Part shown: piece by piece, positions 24,301 through 36,964 of the stretch
How the letters are laid out: the number at the start of each line of letters is the position of its first letter
Numbering within the stretch: position 1 is the stretch's first letter
Assembly (NCBI GenBank): GCA_965112735.1
Contig: OZ218963.1
Span: forward strand, 496,001 to 560,000
Length of the DNA: 64,000 nucleotides
From: Phaeosaccion multiseriatum
Taxonomy: Eukaryota > Protista > Ochrophyta, other classes
Reading direction: 5' to 3'
Notes under the pieces: model-generated
Databases searched by the model: none
What the model was told of the DNA's origin: nothing
The model's input: the letters and a program-made list of their open reading frames with translations, nothing else
Position numbers and translations under genes: made by a program

Positions 24301-26596
24301 GGGAGGGAGGGAGGGAGAGAGAGAGGGAGGGAGGGAGGGAGGGAGGGAGGGAGGGAGGGAGGGAGGGAGGGAGGGAGGGAGGGAGAGAGAGACGGAGGGA
24401 GGGAGTGAGGCAGGGAGAGAGGGACGGAGGGATGGAGGGAGGGAGGGAGGGAGGGAGGGAGGGAGGGAGGGAGGGAGGGAGGGAGGGAGGGAGGGAGGGA
24501 GGGAGGGAGGGAGGGAGGGAGGGAGGGAGGGAGGGAGGAGAGGGAGGGAGGCAGGGAGGGAGGGAGGGAGGCAGGCAGGGAGGGAGAGAGGGACGGAGGG
24601 AGGGAGGCAGGGAGGGAGGGGGGGGGAGGGGGAGGGAGAGTGAGTGTGTGTGTGAGAGAAAGAGCAAAGACAAAAAAAAAAAGCAAAACCAACTCACTCT
24701 CACACTCAAACACACGCCACTCACAGGACCAAACACATTTCGGAGTATCAACACGCACAGCGACTACCCGCTCACTCACTCACACACACCACGCACTCAC
24801 ACACAGACACGCACACACTCACACTTACACACTCACATACGCACGCACGATTCACAGGACACTATCTAAACAAACACATCAGAGTACCAAAACGTAGACA
24901 ACTCACTCATTCACCCTCACCCATCCACGCACTCACAAGATATCAGAGTACCAACACGCTCATCACACACTCACAGGATAGATGTCAGAGTACCAACACG
25001 CCTATCACACACTCACAGGATAGATGTCAGAGTACCAACACGCCCATCACACACTCACAGGATAGATGTCAGAGTACCAACACGCCTATCACACACTCAC
25101 AGGATAGATGTCAGAGTACCCCATCAAGCTCCCGCCTTCCGTCCCTCCTTGCCGTGCAGCGGTGCCAGGGGAAGTGCTGGTAGGCGTGGGAGTAGAGGTC
25201 GAAGCGGCATTCCCCGCTTGCTCCGACTGCTTCTTCCCCCTCCCTCCGGCCGGGCTCGAGTCCGACCCCAAGCCCGAGGGCCGAGGCAGCTGTGAGGAGG
25301 TATCACCACCACCGCTACTTGCAACACCGTCCGCAGCACCAGTAGTAGCACCAGCAGCACCAGCAGCAGCGTGGCCCCCCTCCTCCTGCCCCTCCTGCTG
25401 CTGCTGCCTGTGCGGGTGTGAGGAAATCGCACCGTTACCGTTACTCTCTCGTCCGGCGTGGAGATGCGAAGTCGTGGTGGTTGCCGCCGTGGCCGCCGCG
25501 GCCTGCTCGGGGGATTCCGGCCTCCTCCCATCACATCCAACGGCGGCGGCAGATAAGTCTCCCTTAATCCCCCACTTATCGCCCACCCGCTGAGCATAGT
25601 AGTGCAACTCGCAAACCATACTCTTTTGCTTGCTCTTGCTCCTCGGATTGCCGCCATTTGTGGCAGCATTGGCGACGACTGATGGGGTGGAGGTGGAGTG
25701 TGCCCGCACAAGGACCCCGGGGGTGGTGCCGAGGTTCTGCTCCGAGGATATTCCGCGGTCGCTACCAAAACCCGTGATGGTTGCTGCCCGCTCCCTTCCG
25801 TCTTTCAGCAAGTTCTCTTCGCCTCTTGTCTCACCATCTGCCCCCCCCCCCTCTCCTGCAGCTGTATCACCAACTGCTGGGCTGGCGCATCCTTCTCCTA
25901 GAGTATTGAGAGCTGCGGCGGGGACAGGAGAGCCACCTGCTCCTCCCTCTGTTGCTGTATCACCAACTGCTGCCGCTGCTTCTCCTGCTATGGCCATACC
26001 TTCACTGTGGCGGAGAAAAGAACGGGGTTTGATGGTATGGGGGCTGGTTGTCAGGACGGTAAGGATTAGTACGTTGTTGCCTCCCTTTCCTTCCCCCCCT
26101 CCCTCCCCTCCCTCCCTCCTCTCCCTCAGTTTCTCCCCAATCCTCTCTCTCCTCATCCCTCTCCCTCATTTCTCTCTCATCCCTCTTCCCTCTTCTCTCA
26201 TCTTCTCCCTTCTCTCTCTAATTCTGTCCCTGTCCTCGCCTCTCCCCCCCACTCCCTCTCTCCCTCTCTCCGCCGCTCTCCCTCCCTCTCTCTCTATATA
26301 TATGTGTGTGTGTCTCTCTCCCTCTCCCTCTCCCTCTCTCTTCCTCCCTATGTCTCTCTCTCTCTTCCCTCACCGCTTGGAGCGGCGATCTGAAGCAATC
26401 ATGTGCTGCCGAACGGGGCGCCGGATCTTGATCAAAGTCTGCGCACACACACCGGGGGAAACGAAAGACGATCGTTGAGGGGCTGTGAGTAGAGGCATAT
26501 CGAACACGAAGAGAGAGAGAGAGAGAGAGGGCGAGGGAGCGAGACGAGAGAGGTGGGGGGGGGGAGACAGAGGGAGAGAGAGGGAGACAGGAAAAG

Positions 26597-26676
<80 letters not shown>

Positions 26677-26838
26677 AAGTCCACTCGCACACACATGCAC
26701 ACCTAGGCGCTTACCTCTGAAGCCAGACCGAGCTTGTCCAGAACTTTGGAAACCGGGTTTCCGACATACATAAACGAGTCTGACACCTCCACCTCCGTCA
26801 GCAGCTCATCAGCTCGGTCTCTAGGGAGGGAGCAAGGG

Positions 26839-26905
<67 letters not shown>

Positions 26906-27852
26906 CGAGAAGACATGAGGCAGAGAGAGAGCGAGAGGCAGCAAGCGCATACACAACTCAGGTTTTGCTGTGCTACTATACGAGAAAGAACGAGTGCGAG
27001 AAACAAAAAACGGCATTTCACTCCCTCCCTCCCTCTCCCTCCCTCCCTCCTCCCTCCCTCCCTCTATGCCTCCCTCCTTCTACTCACTACCCCGCTGCTC
27101 ACTCACCTCACGAAACGAAACAGTCCCCCTCTTGTGGGGAGCAGCCTCGGGGCCGCAACAACGAGGTAGGCGATGCCGAGCAGGCCCAGAGGGAGCCCTA
27201 CGTAGGCGGGTTCGAAGAAGGAGAAGCCCGGTAAGTTGTTGTCCGACAACAGTCCCTGTGTTTTGTACGGTAAGTCATGATTGTAAGTACGTCATCAATT
27301 ATTCACTGATTGCGATTCAGTATATTGAGGTGCAAGAAGTAGTGTAATTACGGCTCATTGACGTATTATTGACTTGTTGAGTTGTACCTGGATGACGAGG
27401 TTGGTTGATGTGCCGATGATGGTCAGCACGCCCCCCATGATGCAGCTGCGTCCATGTGTGAGAGCGTGTGTGTGTGTGTGTGTGCACGTGTGTGTGAGAG
27501 AGAGAGAGAGAGTGTGTGTGTGTGAGAGAGGGAGAGAGAGAGGGCGTGTGTGTGTGTGTGCACGTGTTTGTGAGTGCGTGAATGAGTGTGTGAGCACGTC
27601 AGAGAGAGAGAGAGGAAGCGCGCCGAGTGCGGTGGGGAGTAGGAAGTGAGTGGGGAGGGGAGGGGGGAGATGATACAAGAAGGGCGTTCACAGGCTGACT
27701 GACTGGCTGACAGACTGATTGACTGAGGTTCTGAGTGAGTGAGTGAGTGAGTGAGTGAGTGACTGGATGACTGAGTGAGTGACGGAGTGACTGACTGGCT
27801 GACTGAGTGACTGAGTGACTGACTCACCGACTGATTGACTGATTGACTGATT

Positions 27853-27884
<32 letters not shown>

Positions 27885-29127
27885 TACTGACTTACTGACT
27901 GACTGACTGACTGCCTGACTGCCTGACTGCCTGACTGCCTGACTGCCTGACTGCCTGACTGCCTGACTGCCTGACTGCCTGACTGACTGACTGACTGACT
28001 GACTGACTGACTGACTGACTGACTGACTGACTGACTGACTGACTGACTGACTGACTGCCTGACTGACCTGTATGACAGGGGGATAAGGAAGTGCGAGGGC
28101 GCGAAGCCTCTGGTGCGAGCCCAGTCCCTCACAATGGGGATGAGTAGGGCCACCACCGGAGTGTCTGCTCGACGCACAAGGGAGTCAAGGGGTCCAAGAC
28201 ACAGGGCACGGTAGGGGTAGTGGCAAAGGTATCGGTCGGGGGGGGTGTGAGGGAGAGCGCGAACAGTGTGCGCAGGTGTGTATGTGTGTGTATGTATGTG
28301 CGTGCTGGCGACAGAGGACCGCTGCTGCCGCTGAGAAAGCTACAGGGGGGGGGGATATGCGCAATAATACCTCCGCTGACGGACAACTTCACCTTCCCCT
28401 CCCTCTCTCCCTTCCTTCCTCCACTCACTGTTGAGGAACGCGCTGAGGAAGAAGACGAGTACACACATTCTCAGCATACCCATGCTTCGACTTGTCTTCA
28501 GCCCGAACACCTTCCGTGCAGCCTGCATGCAAGCAGCGGAGGGGGCGGGAACGGCAGGATGGATCATTCATTCATTCATTCATTCATGAAGGAAGGAAGG
28601 AATTGAAGGTCGAAGGAGGGGAAACTAGAGTAGCGAGGTGAGACTAACATACTCCCCGATATATTCTACTCAAACCAATTGCACGTCGACGAACAATCAG
28701 CCCCCCCCCCCCCCCCCCCCCCTCCCTCCATGATGACAATGACAACTTGCCTTGTCAGCCAACTGTGACCGTTCCACCCCCTTTACCACCACGAACAGGG
28801 CACCCACGGTGAGGCATCCTCTGTTGTTGAAGCCACTCAATGCGTCTTGGGTCGAGATTATACCTTCACGTGTGGATAGAGGTTGGGGCGCACGGAGAGC
28901 GAAAGAGAGCGAGCACATGGTCGGGCGCTATTGGATTTTCCTTCGGGCAATAAATGCGTTGGCAAATCTCTTTTCCCCTGTCGTCTTTACTTACCGACAT
29001 TCCACACTACACAGAGGGCGATGAACACTACTGTTTCCGGCGTCTTAATGCCTTTGAAGAGGCAAACGAACATCACGGAGAGGAGTACCCCCACGAAGAC
29101 TGACTCCCAAACAGAGCCTTCTGCCAT
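18906..29127 (-). CDS. SLC13/DASS-family Na+/sulfate cotransporter with TrkA-C (RCK-C) domains (SLT/SAC1-like), multi-exon
   Basis: Exon motifs: [131 protein letters not shown]|[16 protein letters not shown]. Confidence 0.92.
20426..20710. repeat. (GGGA)n tract, read as (TCCC)n on the transcript next to an acceptor
   Basis: Direct inspection; the tract abuts the CTAG acceptor at ~20421-20424 of the transporter gene. Confidence 0.95.
21483..21653. repeat. Intronic 35-bp minisatellite, ~5 copies
   Basis: CTCGGTGAAAGTCTTTACATTCACTGACGTATTAG repeated head-to-tail with no spacers. Confidence 0.9.
23941..24640. repeat. ~700-bp (GGGA)n tract, (TCCC)n on the transcript, ending at an acceptor
   Basis: Direct inspection; the acceptor CAG lies at ~23938-23940. 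Confidence 0.95.
24940..25120. repeat. 42-bp tandem repeat that includes the exon end and splice donor
   Basis: GATAGATGTCAGAGTACCAACACGCCTATCACACACTCACAG units start at 24977, 25019 and 25061; the last partial unit at 25103 is exon sequence. Confidence 0.9.
27695..28066. repeat. Intronic (GACT)n/(GCCTGACT)n/(GAGT)n microsatellite
   Basis: Direct inspection. Confidence 0.9.
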
Positions 29128-29219
29128 GTTGAGATGGAGGGGTGTGACCTGACCCGGATCACTTCCCTCCTCGCGGCTCTCTCTTTCTCTCGCTCTCTTT
29201 CCGTCTCCCTCTCTCTCTC

Positions 29220-29261
<42 letters not shown>

Positions 29262-29822
29262 TTTCCCTCTCTATCTCTTCTCTCCTAATCTCTCTCTCGC
29301 CTCTCCCAATCTCGGCCTCCCTCCATCCTCCCTCGCACTATACCTCTATATCCCTCCCCCCGCTCTCTCTTTGTTTGCCCCTCTCTCTCGGCGGGGGTTT
29401 GGGGTCTTTTATCGACCTTTATAGGAGTGGACGGGAGAAAGGGATAATCAGAAAGGGGAGGGCAAAGCGCACTTCGAGTCTCTCCTGGGTCCATTGGTTG
29501 TTTCCAATAATCGTCGCCATTTGTCACACTCTGAACTCTCACTTTCACTTTTGATGTTTTCCACTTTTGGTGGATGCCTTTGTTCACTTTTGGTGGAACA
29601 CACGCAGAAAAAGGAAGAAAGGAAGAACTGATGATATTGCTGACGATAGCCACGTCCTATCTGCTGCGGACTTGAGTCAGGGGGGGGGCTACCTTTTCTC
29701 GCAGCGAAGCAGGAGAAGAGGAATTTAAAGTGTCAGTGTTCTCCAAAAAAGGGGGGCGTTGGGTACTTTAATCCACCCAGCCCGCCCAACGTCCGCGTGA
29801 ATCGCACCGCTTTGTGTTCCCC

Positions 29823-32254
29823 ATGGAGGCTGCCGTGCTTCACACAGGGGCCGTGAAGATCAAGCAGCGGGGCTTGGGCGTCCTGCGGGGCAAGTGGCAA
29901 AAAAACTTTGTAGTCCTCATCAACAGCGGCTGGGTGGGCGCAGCGAAGAAAGACGTGCCGCTGTCTCACGTGACCATGAGTAAGAACTTCAAGCATCTAC
30001 TCCAGCTCACCAGCGAGAGCAACGTGGAGGTCTTTGTGGGACCCAAAGGTGAGGAACTACGCTTTGTGGGGGAGGTAGGGGGCTGACAAATGTGGGACGA
30101 AATATAATGGGTCAGGAGCAAGGATGCGGGTGGAGAGGGGGAGGGGGAATGGGGCACGTCTCCCCTCTCCTCGCTAGGACGCGGTGCTGCGGGCTGGTAC
30201 GAGGACGATAGTTCAATGAGAAGAAGAAGGAGGCTGAAAAATATAAAGTCCTCCCCCTCTCCCCTTCTCCCCCCTCCCTCCTTTCGCTTCCAAAGGCGGG
30301 GATCACCGTATCCTGCGCATCTCCTGCCCGGACGATAAGCCGCTGGAGATGGAGGCTGACAGGTATATGAGGGACGGAGGGGAGGGAGAGAGGGGGGGGA
30401 GGGAGGGGAAGGAGGAACAAGGGAGGGGGAGGGAGGGAGGGAGGGAGGGAGGGAGGGAGGGAGGGAGGGAGGGAGGGAGGCTGAAATGTATGTGGGAATG
30501 GGAGTGGGTCTCGCCATGCACTTTGGTTTAGGATACCAATTTCTATATCGTGCATTCCGTCCTCATCTTCCCCCCCTCCTCTCACCTCACCCCAACCCCA
30601 GCGACACAGACACGCACGAGTGGAAAGTGGCAATAGACTCAGTCATCGATCTGCTTCAATTCTCCGACGGCGGACACGGTTTGGCTCCGGCCCTGCCGTC
30701 TCCCCTGCCCGGAGTCAAACTGAACGGAGAGGGTTGGTACATGGATGCCACAGGACGAATGGCCCTCTATGAGGTAGGCAGGGAGGGGGGGAGGGAGAGG
30801 GCGGAAGCGAGAGACGGAGTGAGAAACGAAATCAACGCGGCGTTGGCCTTTGTACCGCCTCATGCGCCGCGCGCCATCTCTTTGTCGTGACCTCCCTCCC
30901 TCCCTCCCTCCCTCCCTCCCTCCCTCCCTCCCTCCCCCCCTCCCTCCCTCCCTCCCTACCTCCGTCCCTACCTCCCTACCTCCCTCCCTCCGTCCCTCCC
31001 TCCCTCCCTCCCTCCCTCCCTCCCTCCCTCCCTCCCTCCCTCCCTCCCTGACGTACGTATATGCGAACATCACAGATCACGCCGTTCCACATGTGGCGCA
31101 TTCGGGAGAAGTGCATGTATGATGTGGAGAGACTGCATCGCTGGAATGAGGCAATGGCCTTGGAGAGGGACCTGCGGCATCACCAACAGCAGCAGCAGCA
31201 GTTGGTGATACACCAGCAAAATCAGCAGCAGCACCAGCAGCGGTCTGAGGGAGGTGAAGGAGGAGGGCCAGGAGCGGGGATGAACGGAGAAGCAGCGGCG
31301 GCAGAAACCGTGTATCGGACTACTGCTACTGCTCCCAATGGCAGTGGTGGTCGTGATTTCCGCCGCGGTGCTGAGAACCATCATGAGTCAGGCTTTGAAT
31401 CAAGGAACCAGCACGGTCACCACCACCAGCACCACCAGCAGCAGGCAGAGGGGGTTGGGGAGCATCCTTCTCTTCTTCGAGGTCAGCAGCAGCAGCAGCA
31501 GCAGCAGCAGTATGAGTATGAGCAATCTCTGCATTATCAGCAAGAGAGAGGACTGTACCAGCAGCAGCACCATCGGCATGGTCATGGGTGTCAGGACGGG
31601 GACGAGCGCGGGGAAACTGAAACTGAGGATGGGTCGCAGCACGTCTCGGATGAAGCAGAGGGATGGTTAGAAGACCTGGAAGGTCAGGAGGAGGAGGAGG
31701 AGGAGGAAGAGGAGGAGGAGGGGGAGGAGGAGGAGGAGGAGGAGGAGGAGGGGGAGGAGGCGGACGACGGAGGAGTAAACGGGGAGGATGAGGAGGAGGA
31801 GGAGGAGGAGGGAGGGGAGGAGGAGGTGCACCAAGAAGAGGAGAAGGAGGGAATAGAGGAGGAGGAGGAGGAGGAGGAGGAGGAGGAGGAGGAGGAGGAG
31901 GATCAAGAAGAGGGGGAGAAGGAGGACGAGGAGGAGGACGAGAAAGAAGAAGGGAAGAACGAGAAGCAGCAGAAGAAGAAACATGAAGAGGGGCAGGTCC
32001 AGGGGAAGGAGGGAGAGGGGGGGGAATCCAAGGACGAAAGCAGGGACGGAAGAAAGCATGGGTCGAGTGGATCACCCCATGCGAACACGGCCGTTCGGCG
32101 GAAGCCAGAGTTGGCGTTACGGCCACCGTCGGAGCAGCGGCCAACGAGGTCGAGAAGAAAGTCGGCGGGTAGCTCTTCGCACCTGGTACTGCATCGCCAG
32201 ACTGTGAACGAGCGGCCACCAGGAGTCATGCTGTTGCAAGGCTTACTCACGTGA
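29823..32254 (+). CDS. PH-domain protein with Gln/His- and Glu-rich tail, multi-exon (3' end uncertain)
   Basis: Exons at 29823-30074, 30178-30196, 30296-30363, 30602-30773 and 31076 onward give LHTGAVKIKQRGLGVLRGKWQKNFVVL...LEMEADSDTDTHEWKVAI, which matches a PH beta-1/2 region and the terminal Trp helix. Confidence 0.72.
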
Positions 32255-33070
32255 TATATGAGAAGGAAGCCGACGGCGCGGAGACCGTGGAGGAGGAGTA
32301 GGTGGTGGTGGTGGTGGTGGTGGTGGTGGTGGTGGAGGAGGAGGAGGAGGAGGAGGAGGAGGAGGAGGAGGAGGAGGAGGAGGAGGAGGAGGAGGAGGAG
32401 GAGGAGGAGGAGGAGGAGGAGGAGACTGGATTGTAAAGACATGCACTAGCTCTGCGCCCCTCTCTCTCTCCCTTGAAGAGGCCGGCCGGTCGTCCAGCAA
32501 TCCGTCAAAAGCTTCGGTGGTGTACAAGTGTAAATAGAACCCAAGATTGGTAAGTAGGTTTCACAGCTGGCTTGCGCACTCACTGTCGGGGGGCATCAGA
32601 TCATGAGTGCTGACCGGCGCATCATTCTGTGGATGTGTAGATCATTCTGTGGATGTGTGGAGCACATCAGAGCAGAGAAGCGCAGTCAGTGCAGATGAAA
32701 GTCGGGCGAGCGGCTCGACGCGGAGAGGGGAGCTTCGGTATGCATGGGCAAGCGACGACAAAATCCATCGAATTAATTGTTATAAAAAACATCAAAAATG
32801 ATTTGATACGACAAAATTGATCTCCCCAAGCTCTGCCACACCCTTCCTTTGCAAAAAGCCCCAAAATTGCTACCTCTGTATCTCTACATACATCGCCATG
32901 TGTGTACCTACTTGATATCGCCATCTGTATCTCTGCTTGGTATCTCTATCGTACATTGCAACGTAGGCTGCCATCCATGGGCCAAAGTCCACACATAAAC
33001 ACCGTTGTACATGGAGGGTCTGAAGCTGAACTCCCCTTCTCCTCCCTCCCTCCCCCCCACCTCGTTCCTT

Positions 33071-33553
33071 CTACACTTCAGTCCTCTCCTCCGTCGGTTC
33101 CATAAAAACCTTACACCTCACCACGTGGCCCTCCTCCCTGAGCAGCACGGGCCTCTCGTCGAGGATCCGGCTCGGTCGAGGCGTCGGAGCCGACCCGCTG
33201 GTTTGGTGTCCGAGGCTGCTTCTTCTGAGGCTGCTGCTTCTTCTGCTGCTGCTGGTGGTGGTGGTGGTGGTGGCGCCGCTGCCCACCGAAGCAGCAGAGG
33301 GCGTGGAGTGCTTGAGAGCGCGTTTCAAGGCGTACTTGGGCTCCGAGCCCGACGCCAATTGGAGTCCAGGTGGACTCGTAGCTCCTCCTCCTCCTCCTCC
33401 TCCTCCTCCTCCTCCTCCTCCTCCTCCCGCAGGCTGGCGAAATGTCGAGGTGTTGGGGGAGTAAACCCCGACGCTTTCCACCATCCGAAGCGAGCTGAAG
33501 GTCGACCCACTTTCTGCTCCTGCTCCCTGCCCCGTCGCCCCGTCGAGGCTAAG

Positions 33554-33595
<42 letters not shown>

Positions 33596-34903
33596 ACGGA
33601 GGCGGTCTCGTTCAACTCTTTTCCTGCCAGGAAAGAGTCTCGCCCACACGGTCCTTCGCTGTCTGCCCCCCTCCCCTGCTGCCCGGGAGCCTCGATGTCC
33701 CACTTGCTGCTGCTTTTGTAGCTGATCCTGCTGCGCTTCTTCCTCCTCCTCCTCCTCCTGCTGCTGCTGCTGCTGCTGCTGGTGATCCTCTTCCTGCTCC
33801 TGCTCGGCCAGCTGAAGCCCGCTCTCCCGGGGATCTGCCCCCGCCATATTGCTACTGAAGCGCATACGCTCAAGGCTGCCGCGCGTCGTAGAAGCGTCGC
33901 TGAGGACGCTGGTGCGAGTAGTGGCGGAGGAGGAGCCCCTCGGCTGCTGCTCCTGCTCGTCGACGAAGTGTGGCGGCCTCACCTTCCTCGACAAGAAGCC
34001 GGCCAAGCTGTTGGTGCTAATGGTGCTGCTCTTGGCGTTCTGCTGCTCATGGACGGGAGAGGACGCGAAGCCTGCTCTTCGGCCCACCGCGGCGGTAACA
34101 ACGGCCCAACGCCTCTCCGCTGCCGCTTGCTCCTGCTCCGTGGTGACGGTTTGCCTGTGGCGGCGCTGGCACACACTGGTGTCGACCGAGGCGGCGCCTG
34201 AAAAGCTGCGCCGTCTCACCAAGCCTGCGTCCCTCTGCTTGTCATGCTCGCCATCACCAATCCGGGTCAAGGGGCCTAAGAAGCTGCGTCTCCTCAGCAA
34301 GCCCAAGTCCCGCTGCCACCACTTGCAGTTGTTGCTGCTGTTGCCACTGCTACTGCTGTGAGTACTGTGGTTACTGCTGCTGTGGCTGGCACTGCTTGAG
34401 CTGCTGGTGTTGCTGACATTGCGGCTCCTGTCCTCATCCACAGGCCCACCCAAACTGCTTTGCCGCCTTTTGTGATCGTTCCGCCTGGCGGCGAGGGCGA
34501 AGAACTCGTTGTTCTCGACGCGGCTGTAGGCAATGTCCAGCCTATAACCAGTAGTGGGGGCGACTGCTCGTCTCCGCCTCCTCCTGCTGCCGCCGCTCCC
34601 GCCGCCGCTGCAGCTGCTGCCGCTGCTGCTTGCTCCACACTCATCGGCCTTGTACTGCTTCAATCTGGCTCTGCGAGTAAGTCTCTCGGCAGGCAAAGGG
34701 GTTGGCGCCGCTTGTGACAACGAACAGACATTCGAATCGCCTGGCTCCTCTCGCCTCGTCCCCATTCCCTCTCCCCTCCTCCCCACTGCTGCCACGTGGA
34801 GAGCTTGACCTGCCCCCTCTCGTGGTGGGTCATCAGACGACTGCTGCTTTTGCTTCCTCTCCAGCCCCAGCTCGCCCAAGAGCGAGTCCAAGCTGTAGCT
34901 CAT
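33071..34903 (-). CDS. Hypothetical low-complexity protein
   Basis: Open frame of ~610 codons with in-frame triplet runs (polyQ/S/G/E) and several RRRS/RRxS motifs. No recognised domain; it may splice at the 3' end. Confidence 0.45.
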
Positions 34904-35373
34904 GCCGGTCCTGTAGCTATACACTTCAGGGGGTGTGGTACCCCCAGAGGAGAGTTATGATTAAGTCAGCCGCCGCGGAAGAAGCTCCTTCTGGACCCAC
35001 GGTCTCATCGTTACGGGTGGGAACCTGTGGGAACCCGCCTCTTTTCTGCTATAATGCGTACTTACACATCGCGACGTGCGGACCAAGGGGAAAGGATTGG
35101 TCCATAAGCTCTCCGGAGAATCTCCCACCTTGAGTTTTTTGTTTTTGCGGAGTGTTTTTCGTCTTCAAGTGAAACCTGGAAAGCTGGAGAGGGACAAAAA
35201 GCTCTAGCCCTACAATTGTAGAGCAGCGAGAGTAGACATTGTGCTTGTCATTGTTCTCCATCTCCGCCGATACAAAGCCACAGTGGGGTTGCGCTGTCTG
35301 GGCACTGAAGCTCCCTCTGTGGCTCCTCTCCCAAGCAACTCGACCAAGTCACTAAAAAACACCTCACTGGCCT

Positions 35374-36747
35374 TCAGTCTTGGCAGTCGCAGGGGTGCCC
35401 GTTGGCATGGACCCATTGCTTGATCTCCTCAAACACGTGGTCCTCGATGGTCCATTCTTCATCGTACTCCCTCTTGATGGTCTCTGGACACGCAGTCCCA
35501 TCCCACGTACAGCCCACCTCGTCTGAGCGGAGCCACTGCAGCATTGCCAGACTCTTGCTGTATTGCACCGCTCCTCTACAGACATAGGGTCCCCAACGAC
35601 AAAACTCACGTGCATTGGCATGCAGCCAGCGCAGCGTATCGGGCTGACTATAAGTCAGTGCGAAGGAAGCTCCTTCCCTCCACAAACTGCCCTCCTCCGC
35701 TTCCTCAAGCTCAGCCCTGACCTTGGGATTGTTGAGCAGGCATGCCAGTACGGAGATGTGCCCCTCTCGAGCAGCAGAGTACCACACATTGGGGTGAAGC
35801 AGGGGTGGTGTGTGCGTGTGCATGTCCTCGGAGAGGAGCCATTCCACCAGGCGCACATCCCCTCGCTCCACAGCAGTTGTGCTGATGGACGTCCAATTCC
35901 AGGGGCATCTCCCCTCCTTGGCGTCATTGGAGTCTTCTGAACGCAACCACTTGAGCACACTCAGACTGTGCCGCTTGTTCTTGGCCCCAGAGGAGCAGAC
36001 CGCCGTATTCCACGGGCAGCCCATGTGATGGAGGGCCTTGCACATGGTCACATCTCGATATTCAGCAGCGGCCCTGAAGGTATTGACGGTAAGCTTGTAT
36101 CCGTTCCTCCTGGCCCAGTACACGCGCTCGATGGAGGCCACTACACTCGCTTGGCTTGTCTTTGCGGCGTGCGCAACGATGTAGTAGCCCCTCCACTCCT
36201 TGCATACCGTCGCGACGAATGCGTACTCCCCCTGCCCCACAAACTCCATCACCACTCCATACACCTCCCTCGTACCCAGGGCTTTTGCACAGCTGCCCGA
36301 GCCAGGAAGGGGGGCTCCCTGAGGGGATGTGGCGCACTGTTGTTGTCTCCATTTCCACCCTCCATCATCATGGTGGTACGGGTTGCGGCTCATGGGGGCT
36401 GCTGATGATTGCACCTCGAGGCGGAGAAGTAGCAGCTCCCTGTCTCTCTCAAAAGCCTCCTTCTTCGTCTTCTCTTCCAATAGTTTGGCCTTCCTCACTC
36501 TCTGATAAGCCTTCTCTCTCCCCCTCTCCTCTCCCAGCTGCTTCTTCTCACCCCTCAATCCTTGGAGGTGCATCAGTAGCTCCTTCCTCACCCCCTCCTT
36601 GTCACCGTCCGCCGCTTCTGTTGGTGCTGCTGCTGCTGCTGATCCTCCCAAGCTCAGGCCCAGGTAGCTGCCCAGTCCACACAACGCCTGCTCCACTGCC
36701 TCCTCCTTCCTGCTTACTGCTACCATGCTCTCCCGAATCTCCTCCAT
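35374..36747 (-). CDS. Intronless ankyrin-repeat protein of the 'CPW'/giant-virus-like type with an F-box-like segment
   Basis: Repeats GCPWNTAVCSSGAK, VLKWLRSE, CPWNW, AVERGDVRLVEWL, AAREGHISVLACL, MLQWLRSDEVGCTWD and WVHANGHP. F-box-like segment REVYGVVMEFVGQGEYAFVATVCKEWR. Confidence 0.8.
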   Translation of the reverse strand: MEEIRESMVAVSRKEEAVEQALCGLGSYLGLSLGGSAAAAAPTEAADGDKEGVRKELLMHLQGLRGEKKQLGEERGREKAYQRVRKAKLLEEKTKKEAFERDRELLLLRLEVQSSAAPMSRNPYHHDDGGWKWRQQQCATSPQGAPLPGSGSCAKALGTREVYGVVMEFVGQGEYAFVATVCKEWRGYYIVAHAAKTSQASVVASIERVYWARRNGYKLTVNTFRAAAEYRDVTMCKALHHMGCPWNTAVCSSGAKNKRHSLSVLKWLRSEDSNDAKEGRCPWNWTSISTTAVERGDVRLVEWLLSEDMHTHTPPLLHPNVWYSAAREGHISVLACLLNNPKVRAELEEAEEGSLWREGASFALTYSQPDTLRWLHANAREFCRWGPYVCRGAVQYSKSLAMLQWLRSDEVGCTWDGTACPETIKREYDEEWTIEDHVFEEIKQWVHANGHPCDCQD

Positions 36748-36964
36748 TCGAGAAGTGGGGGAGAAGCACCAGAGGTGGGAAAGGAAGAGAAGAGAAGGGG
36801 GAGGGGAAGGATGTGGTGATTTGTATTTTTTTGTGGTGCCGTGGTGAGAAACTGTGAGCCTTCGACGATTCGAGTACCAACACGTCATCAATTCTTTTTT
36901 TCTTTCCCCATTCGACCTTTCTCCTTCTCCCCTCAGTCATCTCCCTCACAAGAGGGAGAGGATA

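Noticed and set aside
20350-24869. Many 100-370 aa ORFs of PSLPPSL/EGGREGG type (also the HT-, PY- and polyL/C-type ORFs elsewhere)
   Set aside because: They are translations of stop-free intronic microsatellites, open in several frames on both strands.
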